Assembly (NCBI RefSeq): GCF_030028105.1
Contig: NW_027274690.1
Span: 1-64,000, forward strand
Direction: 5' to 3'
DNA from: Mobula birostris
Taxonomy: Eukaryota
Length of the DNA stretch: 64,000 bases
Part shown: piece by piece, positions 47,317 to 58,594 of the stretch
How the letters are laid out: each line of letters opens with the position of its first letter
Numbering within the stretch: position 1 is the stretch's first letter
The notes under the pieces: generated by a model
Told to the model about the DNA's origin: nothing
Databases searched by the model: none
What the model saw: the letters and a program-made list of their open reading frames with translations, nothing else
Made by a program: the position numbers and the translations under genes

Positions 47317-50047
47317 CCTCCCAGGACATGTCCTCTTCTCATTGTTACTGTCGGGAGGAGGTACAGGAGCCTGAAGACACACACTCAGCGATTCAGGAAC
47401 AGCTTCTTCCCCTCTGCCATCCAATTCCTAAATGAACATTGAAGTTTTGGACACTACCTCACTTTTTAAAATGATTATTTCAATTTTTGCACAATTTTTA
47501 ATTTAACTGTTTAATATACAATCATATACGGTGTGATTTATTTATTTTTCTAAGTTTTTCACTATATTGTATTGTATTGCTGCACATTGCTCAACGGTTG
47601 CTGATATTAGACCTGATTATGATGCGTCATCGAGGATATCTTCACCGCTGTGCCTGCGTCCATCACTGAAGACCCTCACCACACTGGACTGGCCCTCTTC
47701 TCATCACTACCATGGGTGAGGAGCTACAGGAGCCTGAAGAACCACGCTCAGCAATTCAGGGACAGCTTCTTCCCCTCCGCCATCAGATTTCCGGAAGGAT
47801 AGTGAACCTTTGAACACGGTCTCACTACTGCGCTCTTATTTTGCAATACTCATTTATTTTATACATTCTTAATTGTAATTTGTAAAAGTTTTATGTATTC
47901 TGCTGCATAAAACAACCAATGTCACCTCAGCCAGTGAGCCAGTGATAATAAAGCTGATTCTGACTGTCTTTGTAAAACTCTATTGTATCTCTTTTCTGCT
48001 GTGAATGGGAATTCCAGGGTTGTCTCTGACAATGAACTGAATGTAATATCTGAGTCTCTGGCGAGAGGAATTGACTATGGTCTTCAGGATGGGGACACAC
48101 ACTAGTCCCTTTCCTGGGTGTCAACGTCTCTGAAAATCTACCCTGGGCTCAATCACACCGACGGTATACCAGAGGCCTTCATGGGTACCACCCTCCCTGC
48201 TGGCAAGGATATCTTACCAGCGTCTCTACTCCCTCAGGAGACTGAGGCATGTTCCTCACCACAGAAAGCACCCTGTCCGCATACTTCACATCTCGGTACA
48301 GAGAAAGGTCAGCACATCATGGACTCCACGGACTCTGTCTGCACTTATTGTTGTCTCGGTAAAGTGGCCAGCGTCATTAAAGACCCTCCCCCCACCCCGG
48401 ACGTTCCCTCTTCTCCCCACTCCCATTGGGCAGAAATACGTAGCACTGGGCTCAAGGAGTTGTTAGACTATTGCAGAATGCCCTGGAACGCCAGCCTCAA
48501 GTTAACATTTTCTGTCTTTAAAACTGTAGAGATTCACACTGATAAATGAAACAATGCTCCTCTGGACCAAGGTGCACAACACAGTACCTATACCTCACAC
48601 ACAACACATCGTAATATTACCACGAACAAATCCACAAATAATAAGGTGCAATTATGACAGTTTACACGACGAGACCTGGGTGTTGGCAGGGAGTTCAGGG
48701 AGGAGAAGCTGTTTCCCACCCTATCAGTCCTTGAACACACACAAAGTCTTGGAGGAACTCAACAGGTCAAGCAGCATGAACAGATAGTCCACGTTTCAAG
48801 TTGAGACCTTTCTTCAGGACTGAGAAGGAAGGGGGAAGACGCCAGAATAAAAAGGCAGGGAAGAAGGGAAGGAGGCTAACTGAAGGTGATCGGTGAAGGT
48901 AGGTGGGTGGGAAAGGTCAAGGGCTGGAGAAGAAAGAATCTGACAGGACAGGAGACTGAACCATAGAAGAAAGGGAAAGAGGAGGGGTCCCGGGGGAAGT
49001 AATAGGCAGGTGAGAAGAGGTAACAGGTCTGAGGGGGGAACAGAGGAAGGGGAGGAGGGTGGAAAGGGGAGTTTTTTCCTGGAAGGAGTAATCAATATTT
49101 GTACCATCAGGCTGAAGTACCCAGACGGAATACAAGGCATTGCTCCTCGACCCTCTGCTCGGCACAAGGTGATGCTACTGCTATGGTACCTCCTGCCTGA
49201 CAGTAGTGGGTCAACGTGATTGTTAAGGCCTTGCACCTTCTTGTCTGCCTGCACTGCACTCTCTTTTAACAGTGACACTTTATTCTGCACTCTGTAGTTG
49301 TTCTGCCTCAGTGTCTTACGGCCTGTATAATGATCTGATCGGTATGAACAGAGTGCAAGACATTTTTCGCCGTATCTCCATACATGTAACAACAATAAAC
49401 CAATCTGCCAAATGGCCTCAAGAAGGCAGCATCCATAACTGAGGCCCCTCATCACCCTGGGCATGACCTCTCCTCACTGCTCCCCTCAGGGAAGAGGAAC
49501 AGGGGTTCAGGAACAGTTTCTTCTCCTGCACCATCTGATTTCTGCATGAACACCACTGGAATTTGTGGTATTTTTTGACAGTACTGCTGTTGCATACAAT
49601 CTACTTCACGACACTTGTCAATGAAAACAAACCTGATTCTCATTTAAAAGTTGGTGGTGCATGCTGCTCTCAAGTCCAATGTTGTTTCAGACAAAAATGA
49701 AGCCCAACTGACCATTTAGCCTCTCCAGTTAACAAAAGATGATTCTCCCCATAATCATTAGCGTAATCCACCCTGTGATTCTCCCCTTACCAATGAACCT
49801 ATCAATCTCAGCCTTAAATGCACCCAAGAATTTGGCTTCCACAGCCACCAACGGCAACAAATTCACCACCCTTCAGCTGAACAAATTCCTCCCTGTCTCC
49901 GTTCCAAATGGAGGTCCATTTTTCCTGAGGCTGTATCATTGGATCATGGTCTTTCCCATTGTTGGAGATATTCTCTCCACATCCACTCCACCCTTGGGTT
50001 TTCAGTGAGACCTGAACCACACATGTGACATCTGTTCAAAGGTGGGT

Positions 50048-50540
50048 GAGGAGGGAGATTCCCTCTGTGTCTGACCCCGGGAGTGTGTGATGGGACGGTG
50101 CGGAGGGAGTTTCACTCTGTATCTGACTCCAGGAGTGCGTGATGGGACGGTGTGGAGGGAGATTCACTCTGTGTCTGACCCCGGGAGTGTGTGATGGGAC
50201 GGTGTGGAGGGAGTTTCACTCTGTGTCTGACCCCGGGAGTCTGTGATGGGACGGTGTGGAGGGAGATTCACTCTGTGTCTGACTCCAGGAGTGCGTGATG
50301 GGACGGTGTGGAGGGAGATTCACTCTGTGTCTGACCCCGGGAGTGTGTGATGGGACGGTGTGGAGGGAGCTTCACTCTGTGTCTGACCCCCGGAGTGTGC
50401 GATGGGACGGTGTGGAGGGAGCTTCACTCCGTGCCTGACCCCGGGAGTGTGTGATGGGACGGTGTGGAGGGAGTTTCATTCCGTGTCTGACCTCGGGAGT
50501 GTGTGATGGGACAGTGTGGAGGGAGTTTCACTCAGTGTCT
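50048..50540. repeat. 52-bp satellite, array upstream of MAZ
   Basis: ctctgtgtctgaccccgggagtgtgtgatgggacggtgtggagggagattca, about 9 copies. Confidence 0.95.
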
Positions 50541-50639
50541 CTCCCCCTTACTCCCTCCCTTGTCCTCAACCTCTCCCTGCTTTCCTTCCCCTCTCTCCAC
50601 CCCGCCCCTGCCTCTATCTCTGTCTATCCTCCCTCTATC

Positions 50640-51460
50640 CCCACTCTCTCCTTCCGTCTCCCTACCCCCGGGGGAAGGGGGCGGGGACACCTCGGGTTCA
50701 GGGGTCACGCCGCTGCCGCCATGTCGCTGAGCGGCTGCTGTTTGTAAATAGAGGCGTGCGAGAGGACGCAAGCACCCGAGGCCGGGGTCTGGGGCCCAGC
50801 CAGGCCCGTGGCTCCCGAGGGGGCAGGAGCACCAGCAGCACGAAGAGCATCTGCAACCCGGGGCGAAGAACGGCAGGAGAGGCCGGCGCACGCCTGAGGC
50901 CCAGGCCACAGGGCCCGAGCCGAGCCTCAGCGCCGAAACCTCCTCTGCCGCTGCCGTCCCGGTTCCGGGAGCGCGGAGAACCGGCACCAGGGAAGGCGAG
51001 CCCCGAGCTGGGAGGTTCCACGGCTGAGGACCGAGGGTCCTGGGAGGACCTACGGAATTCGGGAGGACCGAGTCCCGGACCCGGAGGACCGCGGTTCGGA
51101 AGCTGGGAGGACTGAGGGTCCTGGAGGACCGGGGACCGGCGGGAGGACTAAGAGCGGGGAAGACCGAGGGGTGGCGGGAGGACTGGCATGGACGCCGCTT
51201 GGAGCAGCTTCATCTTCCCGGTGAGACCCAGGGGAGCGGGGGGCGGGGCTACGGGGGAGGGGGGAGTGGGAGGGCGAGGCCACGGGGTGGGGGAGGGGGA
51301 ATGGGCGTGGCCACACAGTATTTGGGGGAGGGGAGGGGCTAGGGGTAACGGGCGTGATTAGAGGGGGAGCTATACTGGGCGGAGCTCCGTGGGTGGGGGG
51401 TCTGTAGGGAATGGGCGTGGCTTCGGGGTAAGGGGCGGGGCTACATGAACGGGGTCGGGG
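50640..51460 (+). promoter_or_regulatory. MAZ CpG-island promoter / 5' UTR
   Basis: High CpG density, GC boxes (GGGGCGGGG at about 50677, 51240, 51432), GCCGCCAT at 50715. Confidence 0.65.
51188..51220 (+). CDS. MAZ: MAZ exon 1 (MDAAWSSFIFP)
   Basis: MAZ/VEZF1-type N-terminal motif, GTGAGA donor. Confidence 0.85.
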
Positions 51461-54328
51461 GAAGGGACATTACGGCGATAAGGGGTGGGGCTAGAGGGAG
51501 GGGCAAGGGTGTGGGATGGGGCTAGAGGGAGGGGGCAGGGGTGTGGGGTGGGGCTAGAGGCAGGGGGTAGGGGTGTGGGGCTAGAGGGAAGGGGTGTGGG
51601 GTGGGGTTACAGGGAGGGGGCAGGGTGCGGGGTGTGGCTAGAGGGAGGGGGCGGGGGTGTGGGGTGGGGCGAGAAGGGGCAGGGGTGTGAGGGTGGGACT
51701 ACAGGGTAGGGGTGTGGGGTGGGGCTACGGGGAAGGGGCAGGGGTGTGAGGGTGGGACTACGGGGAAGGGGCAGGGGTGTGGGTGGGGCTAGAGAGAAGG
51801 GGTGTGGGGTGGGGCTACAGGGAAGGGGCAGGGGTGTGGGGTGGGGGTAGAGGAGTGAGGCTTTGTGAGGAGGGACAGAACCACCAGGGTGGGGCAGGAC
51901 TACCAGCGAGCCTGCAGAAGGGGTTAGGGGGCTGAGTGAGGGTCTGAGGGGTGAGCATGGCCCACCAGCCCATGGGGATTTAAGGGAGGGTGGGTGTGGC
52001 CTGAGTTGTTGGGGCACTGTGATTGGCTGCTGGGCTTGAAGGGCGGGAACTGAGCCATGAGTGACACAATAGGTGACCAGTGCGAGAGGCAGAGACACTG
52101 GTGACTGACGGACTCGGGAGGACATATTGGGTAGGGTACTGGCATTTCAGGAACTGTGGGGCGCTGGATTAGCCTGTTCGAACTTCAACAGGGTTGTCTA
52201 TCATTGGACTAGGGGTAAAAGAATGAAAGGTTAGGGATCAAAGGTCCAGAGATGAGCGTTTGAGCATTTAGGGTCGAGGGGGCAGCGGGTGGAATGTTGA
52301 GAGGTGAGGGTGAACAGTAAAGTGTAGGATTGAAGTGAGGGGTCAAATGTCAGAGGTGAGGGGTTAGGCAGTGAGGACGAAGGCAGAGATGTGGAGAGCA
52401 GAGAGGCTGGCGTCAGGGGCGAGGGTGCAGGGTACGAGGGTTAAGATGTGTAGGGGTTGAAGGGTGGAGAGGACGGTTGAGGGGTTAGGGGTCAGTGGGT
52501 CGAGATGAGAAGCTGAGAGGTGGGGTGCTCAAGGATTAAGAGGCTGGTGTTGAGAGATTTGGCTCCTGGCGGGGTTGAGGAGTGGGAGGTGTTGGGGGGT
52601 GGTGAAATGTAAAAATGCCACTCACTCCTCCATATTGCTCCTTGTATCCCTCACCCCACCTTTCTCCCCAAATCCCTCCACCCCCCACTCCCTATACACA
52701 ACAGCCGACCTCATCTGATACTCCCACAACTCTTCAGCCTGACTTTCTTCCCATCCTGGGCTCCCCCCCAGAGGAAGGGGCAGCCCCCCCTCCAGCACCT
52801 CCTCCTCCTGCACCCAGTGCACCGGCTCCGGGACAGGATGAGGAGGGAAGGGGCGGGACACCGGAGGCAGCCCCCACACCCCGCTCCCGCCCACGGGGCC
52901 CCTTCATCTGCCCCCTCTGCGGGAAGCACTTCAAGAACAGCTACAACCTGAGGCGTCACCAGGGGACCCACCGAGCAGGGGCCAGGAGGGCCCCCACCTC
53001 CTCGCCCTCCTCCCCCACCACCCCCAGCCCCCCTCCCCGGCCGCCCAGGAAGGAGCACAGCTGTGAGCTCTGCGCCAAGGCATTCCGCGATGTCTACCAC
53101 CTGAACCGTCACCGCCTCTCGCACTCGGACGAAAAGCCCTTCGAGTGCCCCGTCTGCCAGCAGAGGTTCAAACGCAAGGACCGCATGAGCTACCACGTCC
53201 GCTCGCACGAGGGCGGCGTGCACCGGCCCTACGGCTGCAGCCACTGCGGCAAGGGCTTCTCCAGGTGAGGGGGAGGCAGAGGGGGCAGAGAGGGAGGGGA
53301 GAGAGAGGAGGGAAGTGGAGGGGAGAGGGGAGGGGAGGGGAGAGGAGAGGGGAGAGTGGAGCGGAAGGGAGGGGAGTGGAGGAAGGGAGGAGAGGGGGAG
53401 AGGAGGAGAGCGTGGAGGGGGAGATGGGGCAGTGAGGGGGAGGGGAGGAAGTGTGCAAGGGAGAGGGGGAGGGGAGAGTTGAGAAGGGAGGGAGAGGAGG
53501 GAGTTGAGAAGGGAGGGAGAGGAGGGGTGAGGGGGAGTGTGACGGAGGAAAGGACGGGGAGGTGGAGGGAGAGGAGGAGGAGGAGGGAAAGGATGAGAGG
53601 TGATGGCGAGGGAACACAGTGTGAGAGAGGCACTGGTGCTATACTGACCCAATGGCTGCAGCCACTGTGACACGATTCTCCGGGAGTATCTGAGGTACTG
53701 GGGGGGGGGGGGTGGAGAAGGGGCAGAGGGTGAAGGTGAGGAAAGGGAGAGGCGGAAGTGGGTAACGGAGGATGTGGCCATGTGGGATTATTTTGGACAT
53801 TTACCTTTACTTGTTCCCTCCCCCACCCCAAACCAACCCCCCTCACCATCGGCTCTGTTCCAGACCCGACCACCTCAATAGTCACATCCGGCAGGTCCAC
53901 TCGACAGAGAGACCCTTCAAGTGTCAGGTAGGGTGAAAGCGGCAATGGGAGGGGGGTCCAGATGGAGGAATGGTGGGAGGGGGAACATAGAGGAAGGGAA
54001 GCTGTGCATAGCTTGGGAATATGCCATTATCTGACACTCCCCCCCCACTCCCCCTCCCCACCTCTCTGTCCCTCCCTCTCTCCTCCTCCCCCCACTCCCC
54101 CACTTCCCCTGTCTCACTTCCCCCCCCTTCCCCACCATCCCCCCACCCCTGGACAGACATGTACAGCTGCGTTTGCCACGAAGGACCGTCTCCGGGCCCA
54201 CATGATCCGACACGAAGAGAAGGTCCCATGTCACGTCTGTGGGAAACTACTGAGTGCAGCTTACATCACCGACCACATGAAGGTTCACAATGACAGCCCC
54301 AATCACACATGTGACATCTGTAACAAAG
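51188..54328 (+). CDS. MAZ: Myc-associated zinc finger protein, exons 1-4 (3' end outside window)
   Basis: Exons 51188-51220, 52705-53264, 53864-53927 and 54157-54328 join in frame. C2H2 fingers include KAFRDVYHLNRHRLSHSDEKP, RFKRKDRMSYHVRSH, RPDHLNSHIRQVHSTERPFKC and FATKDRLRAH. The N-terminus MDAAWSSFIF and adjacency to TAOK2 favour MAZ over VEZF1. Confidence 0.88.
52705..53264 (+). CDS. MAZ: MAZ exon 2 (Pro-rich region, ZF1-3, start of ZF4)
   Basis: Part of ORF 52615-53268, acceptor acaacag, donor AG|GTGAGG. Confidence 0.88.
53864..53927 (+). CDS. MAZ: MAZ exon 3 (PDHLNSHIRQVHSTERPFKCQ)
   Basis: 64 nt, ctgttccag acceptor, GTAGGG donor. Confidence 0.9.
54157..54328 (+). CDS. MAZ: MAZ exon 4 (TCTAAFATKDRL...HTCDICNK)
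   Basis: 172 nt, GT-AG, zinc fingers. Confidence 0.9.
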
Positions 54329-54334
54329 GTGGGT

Positions 54335-54781
54335 GCGGAGGGAGATTCACTCTGTGTCTGACCCCGGGAGTGTGTGATGGGACGGTGTGGAGGGAGATTC
54401 ACTCTGTGTGTCACCCCGGGAGTGTGTGATGGGACGGTGTGGAGGGAGATTCACTCTGTGTCTGACCCCGGGAGTGTGTGATGGGATGGTGTGCAGGGAG
54501 CTTCACTCTGTGTCTGACCCCGGGAGTCTGTGATGGGACGGTGTGGAGGGAGTTTCACTCTGTGTCTGACCCCGGGAGTGTGTGATGGGACGGTGTGGAG
54601 GGAGTTTCACTCTGTGTCTGACCCCGGGAGTGTGTGATGGGACGGTGTGGAGGGAGTTTCACTCTGTGTCTGACCCCGGGAGTGTGTGATGGGACGGTGT
54701 GGAGGGAGCTTCACTCTGTGTCTGACCCCGGGAGTGTGTGATGGGATGGTGTGGAGGGAGATTCACTCTGTGTCTGACCCC
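54335..54781. repeat. 52-bp satellite, MAZ intron 4, left of the Tx1 element
   Basis: Same unit, about 8.5 copies, starting within a few nt of the exon 4 donor. Confidence 0.95.
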
Positions 54782-54883
54782 TTTTTTTTTTAACAAAATT
54801 CTTTATTACAAATGTCGGTGCTGTACAATATTTACAAAACCAGTGACTAACACATTTACTACACTACAAACAGACAATACATG

Positions 54884-57800
54884 TTAAACCAATATATTAC
54901 CATCCTCATCAATGATGGCATTTACACCCCGCGGAGCCCAATGGTCCCGGAACACCTCTACGGTCGCCGTGGACTGTGCGTATTCCTTTTCAATGTTCAC
55001 CTAGGCACGAACATACCCCCTAAACATAGCCAGGCAGTCTGCCCGGGGAGAACCTCCTGCCACCCTTTTCCAGGAGCCACGGATGGCAATTTTCGCCAGC
55101 CCCAGGAGCAAGTTGACAAGGACATCCTCATCCCTCTGTGCCCCCCTCCTTGCTGGATGACCATATATGAATAGGGTGGGACTGAAATGCAACCAGAAGG
55201 CAAGAAGCAGCCCACGCAAATACGCGAAAAGGGGCTGCAGTCTCGCGCACTCCATGTACATATGGTACACGGTCTCCTCCAGCCCGCAGAAGTGACACGT
55301 GGCTGGGAGATCTGTGTACAGACTAAAGAACTTATTGCAGGGCACCGCTTTGTGCAGCACCCTCCAGCCAAGATCCCCAAGGTGCATGGGGAGGACTCCC
55401 TTGTAAAGGTACTTCCATTGGGGCCCCCCCTCACCTCCAGGTGGGAAGACCGACCGCCATGGCGTGTCAGGACGGTGGACAAATGCTAGGAAGTGGAGGG
55501 TGTGGAGCAGCAGCCCATAAAGGTACCTCCTGCCTGCATCCCTGAATGGGATTGTGGGTGTCGATGAGAGACGGCTCAAGTTGTGTGGATTCGTCTCTCG
55601 GGTAAGGCTGCGGGGCCTGGGCCCGACGAGCAGCTCAGCCCGAGTCGTTCCACACACCCGAGCCGCACCGACATCCGTTGAGACAGGGCAAGGTTCGGCC
55701 AGGACCCCGCCCTCTGCCAGAGGAGGGGATTCCCGGCCTGAGGCAACCATGTTCCAGACTCTCAGTAGGTCCTGATAGAAGCCGGGCAGCCTCTGCAAAG
55801 CAGCACGGCTGACGCCCGCCGGTGGTAGCTGCATATCTTCGGCAAGACAGCAGCCCCTCCGGAGGAAGAAAGTCGCCAACACGTGCCACCTGGGAGGGTG
55901 CTCGGCTTACAGGAATCTCTGCAGCGTCCTGAGGCAGAGAGCCGCCAGTCGTGTGCGTACACACACCAGCGACTGACCGCCTTCTCCTACTGGGAGACTC
56001 AGAACCGCTGCAGAGACCCAGTGTTTCCTGTTTCCCCAGAAGAAGTCCACTAGCTTCCTCTGCATTCTCGCGACAAAAGGGGCGGGGGGGGGCCAAGGTG
56101 ACCATCCGGTACCACAACATGGAGGCCACCAGCTGGTTTATGACCACCACCCTCCCTCGATAGGAAAGCACCCTGAGAAGGCCTGACCAGTGCCCTAGCC
56201 GGGCCATGACCTTTGTCTCCAGGTGCTGCCAGTTCGCCAGCCAGGCCTCCCCAGAAGGACTCAGGTAGACTCCCAGATAGAGAAAGCGTCTGGTGCTCTA
56301 ATCAAAAGCTCTCATCTCCTCTGGCAGGGAGTCCACCTGCCACTGGCCTACTAAGAGTCCGGAACATTTCGCCCAGTTGGTCCTCGCGGAGGATGCCGCC
56401 GAGAAAACATCTTGGCACTCGCGCATCCTCCGCAGGTCACAGGGGTCTGTCATCATGAGGAGTATGTCATCGGCGTAGGCCGAGAGGACGACCCCCATGT
56501 CCGGTTTGCGCAGAACCAGACCTGTCAGCCTTCGCCGAAGAAGGCTGAGGAATGGCTCGACACAGATCGCATACAGTTGACCGGACATGGGGCACCCTTG
56601 ACGCACTCCTCTTCGGAAGCGGATATGTCCTGTCAATGATCCGTTAATCTTAACTAGGCACTTTGCGGCAGAGTACAGGAGCCGAACTCGGGCCACAAAG
56701 TGTGGTCCGAGCCCAAAAGCCTGCAGGGTGCCCACCAGGAAACTGTGGTCCACCCGGTCAAAAGCCTTCTCTTGGTCAAGAGAAAGAAACGCTACCGGGG
56801 TCCCAGTCTCCTGGAGTAGATGGATCAGGTCCCGTACTAGGTGGACATTGTCCTGGATGGAGCGGCCCGGGACTGTGTAAGATTGGTCAGGATGGACCAC
56901 CTGTCCAATTACCGAACCCAGATGGTTGGCCATTGCCCGGGCGAAGATCTTGTAGTCCGCGCACAAGAGGGAGACCGGCCGCCAGTTCTTTAGCAGGCGG
57001 AGGTCTCCCTTCTTGGGCAGTAGGACCACAACAGCTCTTCGCCATGAGAGGGGCATTTCTCCGGTGGCTAGGCTCTCCCCTAGGACAAGGCTGTAATCAT
57101 CCCCCAGGACATCCCAAAAAGCCTGATAAAACTCAACACTCAGTCCATCCAAACCAGGGGACTTGCCCCTCCGGAGTTGCCGAAGGGCAGTAGACAGTTC
57201 CTCCCGAGTCAGGGGGGCATCCAGACGCACTGCGTCCTCTGGGCTGACCTTAGGCAAATCCTTCCAGACCTCATTACACGCCTCCGCATTTGACGGATCA
57301 GGCGAGAATAAGGACCGATAGAATGAACGGACCTCGTTGTTAATTCCATCAGGGTCCGTGATGGAGGAGCCATCGGCAGCCTGCAGCTCCACTAGCTGCT
57401 TTTGAACTCCCCGCCACCGTTCCAACGAGTAGAAGAAGGGTGAGCCACGGTCCAAATCCTGCAGCATTTGGATCCGTGACCTCACGTACGCACCTTGGGA
57501 CTGCTGGAGCTGCAGGTTCCTTAGTGCGTCCTTCTTCTCCTGGTATTCCTGCCACAGCTGCTGGTCTCCGGCGGTCGGACCAAGGCGGGACTCCAGGTCA
57601 AGCAACGCTCTCTCAAGCCGCTCAACCTCAGAGCTCCGCCTCTTTGCTCAAGCCGCTCAACCTCAGAGCTCCGCCTCTTTGTCGACCCCCTAGTGTACTC
57701 CCGACATAAAAACCGGATGTGGGCTTTGCCCACATCCCACCATAGCCGTAGGGAGCAGAACTCTCTCCGCCTCTCCTTCCAGGAGACCCAGAAAGCTCGG

Positions 57801-58582
57801 AACGAATCCCGGAATCGGCTGTCCTCCAGCAGCCGGTTGTTAAAATGCCAATACCCGGATCCCACCCGAGGGTGTAGTGGAATAAATTCTATCCACACAA
57901 GGTGGTGGTCTGAGCACGACACCGGCCGCATGGAGGACGCCGACACGCGGGAGACGTAGGCCCGAGAGATGTAAAAGCGGTCTATCCTGGAACCTCCTTC
58001 TCTAGACCTTCTCGAGAAGGCGCTAGAGTTGGGGTGAAAATTCCGCCAGCTGTCCACCAAGTCAAAGGAGCCGACTAGCTCCTTTAACTTTTTTGCTGAT
58101 GCTGGGTCGCGTTGGAGGCCCGAGCAGTCCTCCGCCTCGAGGGTACAATTGAAATCTCCCCCGAGGATGACGCAATCCCCAGGATCGATGGAGCTCAGCA
58201 GGGTGGACAGCTGACAGAATAGGCGCGTCTGCATCACACCGCGCCTGGGAGCATACACATTGATAAAATGCAATGGTACGCCATCCAGGCGCACAACCAG
58301 GTGGAGCAGACGGCCGGGCACAACGTCCTGGACTCTTTCAATTACTGGCTGGAAGGTCGGGGCCAACAGGATCGCCACCCCGCTAGAAATGGAGCTGAGG
58401 TGGCTCATGTAGACCCCACCCCGCCACTCCAGGAGCCAAGCAGACTTGTCCCCAGGGATGGTATGGGTTTCCTGCAGGAAACTCACCGTATACCACCCAT
58501 CCCTGAGGGCTGAGAGATTGTTATGCCTGCGAAGTGGACCCCTGCTGCCGTTTACGTTGAGACTAGCTATGGTAAGCTTCAT
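54884..58582 (-). pseudogene. Tx1 ORF2: AP endonuclease + reverse transcriptase + C-terminal CCHC, disrupted
   Basis: Motifs SLNVNG, LQETH, GGDFN, SDHH; WRPVSLL, LDQEKAFD, GVRQGCPMS, YADD; CHFCGLEETVYHMYMEC. Disrupted by a 35-bp duplication, a G-run frameshift and premature stops. Confidence 0.9.
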
Positions 58583-58594
58583 GGCGGGAGCACA

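Noticed and set aside
51188-54328. Calling the zinc-finger gene VEZF1 or PATZ1
   Set aside because: The MDAAWS N-terminus, Pro-rich linker, absence of a BTB domain and linkage to TAOK2 favour MAZ; a phylogeny would settle it.
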